Origin: Malassezia furfur
Taxonomy: Eukaryota
DNA: 35,748 nt
NCBI GenBank assembly: GCA_052055015.1
Contig: JBQJIT010000071.1
Reading direction: 5' to 3' (one strand)
The notes beneath the pieces were generated by a model, which made no database searches, was not told the origin of the DNA, and worked only from the letters and a program-made list of their open reading frames with translations. Made by a program: the position numbers and the translations under genes. Below are positions 20,076-29,474 of the stretch, in pieces (the first letter of the stretch is position 1; every line of letters starts with the position of its first letter).

Positions 20076-22064
20076 TTATGAAAAGTTGAGTCGGATGAGG
20101 AAGAAGAGCATGTTCATCAGCACATGCAGACTCGTCCACACACAAGTAGGGACCAATTCAGGGTAGAGGCGCATTTCTGCAAGGCCGACTTGCGCCATAT
20201 TGACGCCATAAAGCAGCCAACAGATCCCTGTAGTCACCCAAATCGAGACGAACTCGGACGCCCAGATCGTCAGAGAGCCAAGCATGGTGAGCCGGTAATT
20301 ATACGGGTCATTATCGTCAAATGCGAAGAACGGATAGAGTGGTTGGTTGATGCCGAAATGCAAGATCGAAAGCCATCCAATGAAGGCCAGCATCGTTGTG
20401 TGCTGTGCCGTGTTGCGCAAGTAAAAGTAGAGACTGATCTTCTCCGCGTGCTCCTCCCAGGGCACCTGTCTGGAATTGAAACGGTTCAGGAGCCGCAGCC
20501 AGGGTGCTGACATGGTCAGCGGGTACCACAGGCACACCCAAGCCGAGCTGAGCAGCTGTACCAACGCAAACTGGTCAAAGCTGCGCAGTCGTGCGAACAG
20601 GTTGCGGTAAAAGATGAAGTACACCATAAAGTAGAAGTAGCGAAACACAAACAGCAGTGCCCGACTGCGTACCTTTTCCACGATGATCCACTGTGTTACA
20701 AAGCACAAGGTTTGGACGGTGACGAGCCAAAGTAGCACATAAAGCGTGCCGTCCAGCCCGGTGTGCGGCAGTGTCCGCAGATACAGGTTGGCATAACCCT
20801 GGCCCAGCAGTAAGGTGCACAGGTTAAGTGCCATGGTGCTCATGAACCACAGAAAACGTCGATAAGATGCTGGAATGCGCCACGACGTGTCGTCGGTCGC
20901 GAATGGGATCTGGAAGTCGGTCAGCGTTGCACGGTATCGCTGCCGGCCGCGGCGACGCAGCCCCACAAGGCATACACATGCTGGCATCGCCATGGTCGCA
21001 AATGTGAGAAGTACCCACTCGGTTTTGAGCTGCCATTGCACCTCGTCCGAGTGCTCCTGCTTGGAAATCTGGAGCGGGTCCAGCAAATGCAGGAGGTATC
21101 CGCAGAACAGGCTGAGCGACCAGAAAAAGGTATACGAAGTCTTGGCGCCCAGCGCAGTCGGCCACCAGTTTAGCCGATACAGGGTAAAGAGCTGAGTGAT
21201 AAAAATCAGTGCCACGGCGACGTAGCAGCCGTAGTACCAAAACAGGAAGAACCAAAAGTTGGCGTCGACCCATTGATATGTGCTAGTATGTCGATGGGGC
21301 GCATGAATACCACTTGCGTCTTCGTCGGTATCAGACTTGGGGAATGGCACGCCGCACCACACCAGGACGAGAAGTACTGGCAGCCAAATCAGGACGATGT
21401 TGCGTCGCAGCCAGCTGCTCAACAGCTCATCAATGGCTGCACTGCTTGGCCGAAACGCATGCTCAATGACCCTTCGCGGACGTAAGGAGGGCGAAGGCGG
21501 CACAGGCCTGACCAGATGCTCCGAGCTGTCGGCATAGACCACTTGGGTGCGGTAGCCCACTGGCTGCATCTGGTTCATCCGGCCGGCGCGGTACTGGCTC
21601 GGGTCCTTGGCAACACGGATATTGGATGGGCTGAATGCAGGCCGTGGTGCATCATCCATTGTTCCATAATCTGTTGTGTGGTGCGCCTTGCGCCGAGGAT
21701 GGCGCGACCCAAAACCCCAAAAGACGTTGCCAGTGTTCCAGCGCGTCCAGCGCCTGTCTAGGTCGAAGCGCCGCTGTAGTCATTGGCGCCAGCTCGTTGG
21801 TGGATCGGTTTGTGCATCGTTTGTACTGTTAGAATGTCGGGATGACGAGAGCGGCGTCGGCGACGGTAGCCAGGCGACATTGGGTGCGTCGTCCTCGTCT
21901 GCGTCGTCCTCATCTTCCTCGACATCGTCGTCGTCTTCGTCGCTGGATATCCCAAGCACCGGATCCCAAGGCGACGGTAAGCTCTGCCGCCGTGGTGTAT
22001 GCGGCGAGCGTGGCGCTGCACCGCTAGGCGCGGCGAGCGACGCATTCGGACCAGCACTGGCCAT
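20076..22064 (-). CDS. Fungal multi-pass membrane protein of unknown function; continuous frame interrupted by one in-frame TGA at 21780-21782 (stop-free part 20076-21779, internal ATG at 21659)
   Basis: The 527-aa ORF has roughly ten hydrophobic segments. The upstream acidic ORF starting at ATG 22064 is in the same frame, separated by a single TGA and 40 open codons. Confidence 0.75.
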
Positions 22065-22170
22065 AATCGACGCGAGGTGGAGGTCACTGCACGCGATGTA
22101 TTGGGTCCCACTATGCACAGGGTGTTGGTCAGGACGGAAAAGGAGAGAACCATCGCTACAGATCCAAGGG

Positions 22171-23907
22171 TTAAGCCGGGATCGACATGCCTTCTTCCAT
22201 GGTCACGACGTGCTCCACGGGCATTTTCTTATGTGGCAGCGACCTAGGCGAGTCGGTTTCCTGCTCCGCGGCCGGCGTCTCGATCAGCCGCGACGTGCTT
22301 CGCATCGCCGCTCCGGGGTCCAGCGGATCGCTCACGTCGATTACACTGTGCTGTGCACGGGAACCGCGCTGCCCGACGATCGTTGCACGCTGCTCCGTGG
22401 GTGGCACCGAGCCATCCGAGCTGGGGCGGAACGACAACTCGACGCTCTCGTCGAGCACTGCTGTGCGCTGGGCCGGCATGGTGCGGTAGCTCGGCCCGAA
22501 CGAGAAGTGGGCAATGTCTCGCAGTGCACTCAAGCCACCAGCACGATTCGACGAGAGCGGCTCGTCGCGCGCCTGCTCGGTTGCCTGAATCGCACGCACG
22601 TCCTCAATGGTGGGTAGGTCGAGGAGCGGCTGCGGCGCAGGCATCGCACGATGCCGCGCACGGCCGCTGGAATCCCGCCGTTGCTCGCGCGCTGGAGAGG
22701 TCGACGGCGTGACGGACGGCGACGGCTGCTGCGGCATCTTGTGGGGATTTCCCCCGCCGTTGGCCCGCAGGGGGTCCATCGGGTCGGACAAGGTATTGGT
22801 GTGCGGTGTGAGCGGCGAGCTCATGGTGCTCGTGGCAGTCGCAGGCGACTTGGAGCTGCTGGCCGTCTGGCTCTGTCCGGCCGTAAGGCCCGCGGCGTCC
22901 CAGCGCTGCACCGAGCGGTCCGCCCAGCACTCGAGCACCGGCCAGTTTCGGTACTCGCCGATCAAGAAGAAGCCCGCGTTCGGCTCGCCGGCACGGTCGC
23001 CGCCACCGCCCAGCGCACCCGAGGTGCCGCCGGTAAAGTAGGACTGGTACCCGATCGTGTCCTCTTCGCCGTCGCTGTCCGACGGCGGCTCGAGCTGGAA
23101 TGTGGTGCCCGCCTCGAGCTCGTCCGCGAGAAGCTGCAAAAACTTGGCCCACCCATCCTGGCCATCGCACCCGTAAATGACCACCTTGGTATCAAAGTCA
23201 CGCCCGAAAACGATCACCTGGCCGATGCTGCCGCCCTGCGGATCGGGCATGAGGTCGACGCCGAGGTAGTTGCCCATGTGGTCGGTGATGAGCGGGATCC
23301 AACCCGGGCACGAGTACTCGCGCCGCACCCAGTGTTCAGGGCAGCTCGTCATGCGTGCACGCAGCCGCGGGTTCGCGCCGGTCTGCGCGTCGTTGTCGAC
23401 CACGCGCCAAAACTGCCACTCGCGCAAAATTGACTCGGACGAGAGGAAGGGGAGGCCGAAAAAGAGGCCGTCGTTGCATGACGCGCTCGACTCGATCTCC
23501 TGTCCATTGCAGCAGAAAAGCCACTCGCGCACGGCGAGCGGGAGCGCCTGGCCGAGGCCGTGCTGCAGCTGGTCCACCTCGTCCTCGGTCGCGCCCCAAT
23601 TCAGCGTATCGCGCAGCTCCTCGTACGAGTTGTCACAGAAACGCAAAATCTGCTTCCACGCACGCAGCACGGTGCTTCCCTGTCGCACATGAGTAGGCAA
23701 AACATGACGGTCCAGCGGACGCGGCGGAAACGCGGTCGACGCCAGTGAGGTGGTTGATTGCGCGCCGGGGCCGTCCCCACCCGAAGGCTGAGCATACATC
23801 GACGCAGAATCGCGCGGGTATCTTGCGCTGCTTGATGACATACCAGCACGCAACGAAGGCGTGCCGCCGAAAAAGTCGCCGAGCGACGTAAACAACGACC
23901 TCGCCAT
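22171..23907 (-). CDS. SMI1: Cell-wall assembly / glucan synthesis regulator SMI1/KNR4
   Basis: ELRDTLNWG, VREWLFCCNGQE, GLFFGL, WIPLITDHMGNYLGVDL, GQVIVFGRDFDTK. ATG at 23907. Confidence 0.92.
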   Translation of the reverse strand: MARSLFTSLGDFFGGTPSLRAGMSSSSARYPRDSASMYAQPSGGDGPGAQSTTSLASTAFPPRPLDRHVLPTHVRQGSTVLRAWKQILRFCDNSYEELRDTLNWGATEDEVDQLQHGLGQALPLAVREWLFCCNGQEIESSASCNDGLFFGLPFLSSESILREWQFWRVVDNDAQTGANPRLRARMTSCPEHWVRREYSCPGWIPLITDHMGNYLGVDLMPDPQGGSIGQVIVFGRDFDTKVVIYGCDGQDGWAKFLQLLADELEAGTTFQLEPPSDSDGEEDTIGYQSYFTGGTSGALGGGGDRAGEPNAGFFLIGEYRNWPVLECWADRSVQRWDAAGLTAGQSQTASSSKSPATATSTMSSPLTPHTNTLSDPMDPLRANGGGNPHKMPQQPSPSVTPSTSPAREQRRDSSGRARHRAMPAPQPLLDLPTIEDVRAIQATEQARDEPLSSNRAGGLSALRDIAHFSFGPSYRTMPAQRTAVLDESVELSFRPSSDGSVPPTEQRATIVGQRGSRAQHSVIDVSDPLDPGAAMRSTSRLIETPAAEQETDSPRSLPHKKMPVEHVVTMEEGMSIPA

Positions 23908-23952
23908 CGCCTTCGTCACGGTCGCGACGCACACCGCCTCGAGGGTTACTTT

Positions 23953-23973
23953 CCCACGTGATGTACACGTGGG
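23953..23973. promoter_or_regulatory. Inverted pair of CACGTG boxes in the SMI1-CWH41 divergent spacer
   Basis: cccacgtg-atgta-cacgtggg is a perfect 8-bp inverted repeat with a 5-nt spacer. Regulatory function is inferred only. Confidence 0.45.
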
Positions 23974-23996
23974 TGTTGCGCTGCGACTCCACCACG

Positions 23997-26258
23997 ATGC
24001 ACGCGTGCCTCGTCTTGGCATGGCTTGGCGCTGCGGTCGCCGCGGCAATGGCGGCAACGCTCGGCGGCGAACCCCCGGTGTGGGGTACGTACCGGCCGCA
24101 GGTGTATATGGGCATGCGCCCACGCGTTCCCGATTCGGTTCTGTCGGGCCTCGTGTATTTCGGCACGCGGTCCCTGGCCGACATTCAGCACCTGCGGCAC
24201 TCCACGCAGGACGACCACGGTGTGCGATATTACCGCTACACGCACCATGATGGGCGCTCGTTTGGGGTGCAGGAGATTGTCGACGACTTTCTCAACTACC
24301 GACTCGAGACCTCGTTCGTCTTGTCGGGTGCCCACCCGGATGCCCAGCAGACGGGCAGCTGGGCAATCCGCGTGCGCGGGACGGTGCTCAACGACGAACT
24401 TCCCGCCCAGGTCTCACTCATATACTACCTAGGACGTGAGTCACTCGATGCCCAGCTTGCCTACGAGCCTGGCGAGCATGGCGAGCCAACTGTGGTGGGC
24501 TCGCATCCTGCGCTCGGGGCCTTCCGCCTGCGCCTGGGGGAAGACGGCAGTGAGACCCACTATGCGGGGTTGCGTCTACCGGTGGACAAGGTATGGGATG
24601 TGCACGACCCGCTGCTCGAGACCTTCACCGTGCGCGCCAATGCCTTCCACCAGCGCGGCGCCCAGCTCGGCCAAATGCCGCCCGCGACGCTCCTGCAGCT
24701 GAACGACGCGGCGGAAGATCAAGCGACTCTGTTTGCGCTGCAGCGCTCTTTTACTGGGAACTTTACGCTGGACATTTTCCTGGATGGCGAGCCGCGCGGA
24801 AGCCGTCTGGACGCGGAACAGCTCACCGTTGCTCTCGCTCAGCGCCGCGAGGTGTATGAAGACACGTTCCGCGCCAAGTTCCCCCTGCGCGACTATGCCG
24901 AGGATGACGTCGACGCTGCACGTGAGCTCACGGCGCAGATCGTCGGCGGCATAGGGTACTATGCCGGCTCGAGTTTGGTCGACCGGCGCCGCGTGTCGGA
25001 CGCCGGCCTGGTGCTTCACGAGCCAAGCAAGGCTGAGCCGACACGCGAGCCCGCACAGGAGCTGCTGACCGCGACGCCAAGCCGCTCCTTTTTCCCGCGT
25101 GGGTTTTACTGGGACGAGGGCTTCCACGAGGCGCACATCGCGGCGTGGGATCCAGAACTGGCGATTGCGCTGTTTGCCTCCTGGACGCGTCTCATTGACA
25201 ACGACGGATGGGTTGCGCGCGAGCAAATTCTTGGCAGCGAGGCCCGCAGCCGCGTCCCGGAGGCGTTCCAGGTGCAATTCCCCCAGTTTGCGAACCCACC
25301 CGCGCTGATCATGGGCCTGGACGCCTACCTCTCTGAGATGCCGCAGGAGGATATGGTGGGCGGTATCGGAACGCAGACGCCTTTCTCGCTGCCGAATTCG
25401 TCGCACGTCGACCTCGCGGCGCTGTACGAGCCGTGGCGGCGTCACTACGAGTGGTTCCGCCGCAGCCAGCGTGGCCAGATCCAGCAGTGGGACCGTACTG
25501 CGACGTCCAAGCGCGAGGGCTATCGTTGGCGCGGGCGCTCAACGACGCATGTGCTGACGAGTGGCCTGGACGACTACCCCCGCGCTGCGACGCCGCACGT
25601 CGGCGAGCTGCACCTTGATCTGCACGCGTGGATGGGCGCATTTGCGCGCGCCATGCACCGCTTCGCGCAGCGTCTTGGGCTCGAGGACGATGCACGTGAA
25701 TATGCACGGCACTACCAGGCTATCCAGGCCAATCTTTACGACCTGCACTGGAGCGAGGACGAGGGCATGTTCTGCGACGCGTCCGTCGACGAAGATGACG
25801 AGTCGTATTTCGAGTGCCACCGTGGCTACGTGAGCCTCTTCCCGCTGCTCATGGAGCTGCTCGCCCCCGATGCGCCAGCACTTGGCAAGACGCTCGAGAT
25901 GATGCGCGACGAGCAGCAGCTTTGGTCGCCGCACGGCCTGCGCAGCCTGAGCAAGCTGCACCCCCTGTACGGCACGGACGAGGACTACTGGCGAAGCGCC
26001 ATTTGGATCCCGATAAATTACCTGGCGCTGCGTGCGCTGCACCGCTACGCGGCGCTCGATGGCCCGTACCAGGCCGATGCGCACGCACTCTACACCGCGC
26101 TGCGGCAAAACATTGTACGCACCGTCTTGGACGAGTACAAACGGACGGGGTATACCTGGGAGCAGTACGACGCGGCGACCGGCGCCGGGCGGCGTAACCG
26201 CCCTTTTACGGGCTGGACCTCGATGGTCGTGTTGATAATGGCGGAAAAATACCCGTAG
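23997..26258 (+). CDS. CWH41: Mannosyl-oligosaccharide glucosidase I (GH63)
   Basis: Hydrophobic N-terminus, WGTYRPQVYMG, PSRSFFPRGFYWDEGFH, REQILG, LTSGLDDYPR, YWRSAIW, WEQY, PFTGWTS. Alternative ATG at 23961. Confidence 0.95.
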   Translation: MHACLVLAWLGAAVAAAMAATLGGEPPVWGTYRPQVYMGMRPRVPDSVLSGLVYFGTRSLADIQHLRHSTQDDHGVRYYRYTHHDGRSFGVQEIVDDFLNYRLETSFVLSGAHPDAQQTGSWAIRVRGTVLNDELPAQVSLIYYLGRESLDAQLAYEPGEHGEPTVVGSHPALGAFRLRLGEDGSETHYAGLRLPVDKVWDVHDPLLETFTVRANAFHQRGAQLGQMPPATLLQLNDAAEDQATLFALQRSFTGNFTLDIFLDGEPRGSRLDAEQLTVALAQRREVYEDTFRAKFPLRDYAEDDVDAARELTAQIVGGIGYYAGSSLVDRRRVSDAGLVLHEPSKAEPTREPAQELLTATPSRSFFPRGFYWDEGFHEAHIAAWDPELAIALFASWTRLIDNDGWVAREQILGSEARSRVPEAFQVQFPQFANPPALIMGLDAYLSEMPQEDMVGGIGTQTPFSLPNSSHVDLAALYEPWRRHYEWFRRSQRGQIQQWDRTATSKREGYRWRGRSTTHVLTSGLDDYPRAATPHVGELHLDLHAWMGAFARAMHRFAQRLGLEDDAREYARHYQAIQANLYDLHWSEDEGMFCDASVDEDDESYFECHRGYVSLFPLLMELLAPDAPALGKTLEMMRDEQQLWSPHGLRSLSKLHPLYGTDEDYWRSAIWIPINYLALRALHRYAALDGPYQADAHALYTALRQNIVRTVLDEYKRTGYTWEQYDAATGAGRRNRPFTGWTSMVVLIMAEKYP

Positions 26259-26261
26259 TCC

Positions 26262-27316
26262 TCACGAGAGACGCGCCTCGACCGCTGCGAGGCGCGCCTG
26301 CAATGATGCCAGATTGGACTGCGTCACCTGCACATTCTGGGCCAAGCTCGCCTCGGCTTGCTCGAGCATCTCACGCAGTTCGGTCATTCGTGTGCGCTGT
26401 GTATGCTGGGCTTGCTCCACGTCAGACACTTGTGCGGCAAACGACGCCGCGGACGCGTGCAACGGTGCGAGTGCCTGCAGACGCGCCAGCAATGCCGGCG
26501 CCAAGGGCACGAGCGGCTCGATGCGCGACTGCAGCGCCGAAAGTGACTTGATCTGGGACAGTGTCTCGCTGGACACTTCGTCGTGGTTGGCGATCCGCTT
26601 ACGGTTCTCGGCAACGCGGTCCAGCTCGGCGGAGGCCATCTTGGCGCGGTGCACGATGGTGTCTAGATGCCGCGGCTGTGTCAGAAGCTGAATCTGTGAC
26701 TCAAGCCGCGCGAGTGTCGAAACGAGCGGTACAACAGCCTCAGCATCGTCGGGCGTGCCGATGAGCTGTTCGAGCTGTGACAGGCGCAGCGCCAGCGACG
26801 AGAGAGGTGGGGCCGATGTCGTAGGCAAAGCAGATGCCGCAGACGCCTCAGATGCTTCGGTAGAGTCGCCATGGCCCAGCGTCTCGATCAAGTTCACCGT
26901 TTCTTTGGGGTCAAGGGGTGGCACTTCGCCAGCCGCGCGAATCTGCAGCCGTTGGATCTGTTCCAAGAGCCGCACTGCGCCTTGGTGTTCAGTCCGTGTG
27001 GGGTCAGCAGACAGTGACTCTTCGAGCTCTTTCGCCTCATCCTGCAGACGCAAGAGGCGCATGAGAGGTGTTTCCGAAGTTCCTTGCACAGTGGGAGGGC
27101 CGCCTCTCGGAACCGAGAGCGTGCGGCGTGAGTGTTGATCGACGTCCGCTCGAGGCCCTCAGGAGCCGCTTGCACCTCATCGTCGTCCGACCCTTCGGGA
27201 ACGTCATGCTTTGCGGGGTCGACTACAGGATTGGTCTCATACACATCAGGCGCGGTGTCCTGTAGGGTAAGTCATGCAGCGCATACAATGTCTGGCAGTC
27301 CACTGTATTTCGACAT
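26262..27316 (-). CDS. Dynamitin (dynactin p50/DCTN2); exon 1 27316-27287, 27-nt intron 27260-27286, apparent frame break near 27090-27105
   Basis: Spliced N-terminus MSKYSGLPDIDTAPDVYET is typical of dynamitin. The downstream ETPLMRLLRL, QLLTQPRHLD, LLARLQALAPLH coiled-coil region lies in a different frame. Confidence 0.82.
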
Positions 27317-27545
27317 TTTGGTACCAAGCGCGTCGTCGACCTCCACCGATCGGCGCGCACGCCAGGGCGCCGGCGCGTCCTCCACACGTGCGGCGATCTT
27401 CTTGGATGTGGGGAAACAAAGCGCCGCGCTACCAAGCAATGCAAGTCAATATAGGAAACAGGGGATTCATTCAAAAAGGGGGAATATGGTTCCCAACGTT
27501 CTACAGAGTGCAACATATTCAGAATACACAACCATTTGTGTTGAT

Positions 27546-29237
27546 TCACATGGGGTAGGGGGGGAACATCATGGGCATCGGGGTCTGTACATGGACGTGC
27601 GTCCAGGATTCATGCATGTAAGGGGTAGGGGTGTATCCGACGGCAAATGCATCCACTTCTGCGGCATTCCAGCCCATCGGCTGCAGTGCCAAGCGCCTTG
27701 GCTCGGCCACCGGCGCGGCGATGACCGGCTTCGACATGGTGCTTGCGACGCGCTGCATGTGCTTTGCGTTCTCCTTGGCGTCGTGCACACGGTAGGCCTG
27801 CACGCGTGCGGCACCTGCACGGCATACGTCTTCCATGTCCAGGTTGGACTGGTGCAAGGCAGACTCCACCGCGTGCCGAGCGAGGAGCTCGAGCGACTTG
27901 AACTGCCGCTGGCATAGCAGGCAGATACGGCGCTCCCGGTCGCTAAAGTCCACCGCACGAAGCGTCGCATGCGACGGCGGTGCAACGACTTGCGGCGTGC
28001 TGGAACGACGCTCGTCGGGGAGGAAGTAAGTCGTGCCGTTCGCGACGATGGGCGCAAGCGCATCGCTCGGAAGCGACACAGAGCTGCGCGGCGAGGTGGT
28101 CGGCGAGGACGCGGCGGGCGTCGGGGCCGCTGCGGTAGGCTCCCACACCTCAAAGCCGAGCGACTCGTCCTCATGACGCCAGGTCCGGTTCGCCTTGTCC
28201 GTGTACGTCCATGGCGCGCAGGTAGGGTCGTAAGGGTCGGCCTCTTCAAACACGATTGCATCCGCGTAGCTGGTGCGCACAGCCTGACCACCGATCGCGA
28301 CGCCCTGGGGGAACATGGTGCGCGAGCGGAGCGCCGCGAGGCACACACGTGCCGCGTCCTTGGTGCGGAATACAGTCATGGCGCGCTGCGTCGAGGCGTT
28401 GTTGTCGCGCTCGCGGATCATGATGACCTGCTCGAGCTGCGCCAGCGCATCAATGAGCGTCTGTGCATTGCCCGTGGCGTATACAGGAAGCGTCTGAAGG
28501 GCGGCACCAACGTCGGCGGCGTTTGCGTCCGCACCAAGGCCCGTGAGCAAGAGCGTGTCGGTGACCACCGCCGATGCCTCGCGGAGGCCGGCGTTTTCGT
28601 TGTGCAGGTCCACCTGCGAATCCTGTTCGTTGGCGGCCTGCTCCTCGCGCTGGCGACGCGCACGGCGCTTGAGCTGGTCCTTGCAGCCCGGAGCGTTGTG
28701 CTGCTCGTAGTACGAGAGACCGCCTTGCGGCCGCTCGCTGCTGCTGTAGTCGATTTTAATGCGTTTGCGGCGCAGCTTGTTGTCACCCGATGCGCCCGGC
28801 GACGGGCCCAGCCAAGTCTCCGGGTTGTTGATGAAGGGTGCGTGCATGTTGACAAAGCGCTTGGCGTCCTCCAGGGTGTCAAACTTGGCAAAGCCAAAGC
28901 CCTTCGACGCACCCGTGTTCCGATCACGGATCACGGTCACGTCCGAGGGCGGGGGCGCGAGGCGCGCGTCAACGGCGTCCGCCAGGGCGGACACCAGCGC
29001 GCGCAGCTTCTCCGCGTCGACGTCGGCATCGAGGCCCAGGAGGATGACGTCGCGCATCGGCTGCGTCGCGCGAGGAGCGCGAGCGTTCTTGTCGTTCCAG
29101 CGCTGAGCACGGTCCAACTCGCTCCGCTCGCGGGGAGTCGGCGAGCTACCACGCGTGGTAGGCGAGGGCGTCCGGCGTGGCACCTCGATGGGGCCCTTAG
29201 CTTGCGTGGTATACGGCACAGTAAGCTCGTCGATCAT
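27546..29237 (-). CDS. RBM5/RBM10-like RNA-binding protein (two RRMs plus C2H2 finger)
   Basis: VIRDRNTGASKGFGFAKF (RNP1), RIKIDYS, a degenerate second RRM and CLLCQRQFKSLELLARHAVESALH. The true start may be further upstream (see findings). Confidence 0.8.
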   Translation of the reverse strand: MIDELTVPYTTQAKGPIEVPRRTPSPTTRGSSPTPRERSELDRAQRWNDKNARAPRATQPMRDVILLGLDADVDAEKLRALVSALADAVDARLAPPPSDVTVIRDRNTGASKGFGFAKFDTLEDAKRFVNMHAPFINNPETWLGPSPGASGDNKLRRKRIKIDYSSSERPQGGLSYYEQHNAPGCKDQLKRRARRQREEQAANEQDSQVDLHNENAGLREASAVVTDTLLLTGLGADANAADVGAALQTLPVYATGNAQTLIDALAQLEQVIMIRERDNNASTQRAMTVFRTKDAARVCLAALRSRTMFPQGVAIGGQAVRTSYADAIVFEEADPYDPTCAPWTYTDKANRTWRHEDESLGFEVWEPTAAAPTPAASSPTTSPRSSVSLPSDALAPIVANGTTYFLPDERRSSTPQVVAPPSHATLRAVDFSDRERRICLLCQRQFKSLELLARHAVESALHQSNLDMEDVCRAGAARVQAYRVHDAKENAKHMQRVASTMSKPVIAAPVAEPRRLALQPMGWNAAEVDAFAVGYTPTPYMHESWTHVHVQTPMPMMFPPYPM

Positions 29238-29474
29238 TTTGTGTTAAGGTGTCCAAAGAAAAAACCGCTGGTCCTGCCAGCGTTGCTTGCGGGTTCACGA
29301 GAAGGGGTGCGCTGAGGTGACGGGGGTCCATCGCTGCTCGGACCCCCGGTACTTGTAGGCTTCTCTCTTGGCGGCGCATAGAAGTTGGATAGACGCTCTA
29401 CGTCCAACATTCTCCACAGCGCCTGTCCGTGCGGCTGACTAAACAGATCCGGGGGCGCTGTTAGCCACGCCGCC

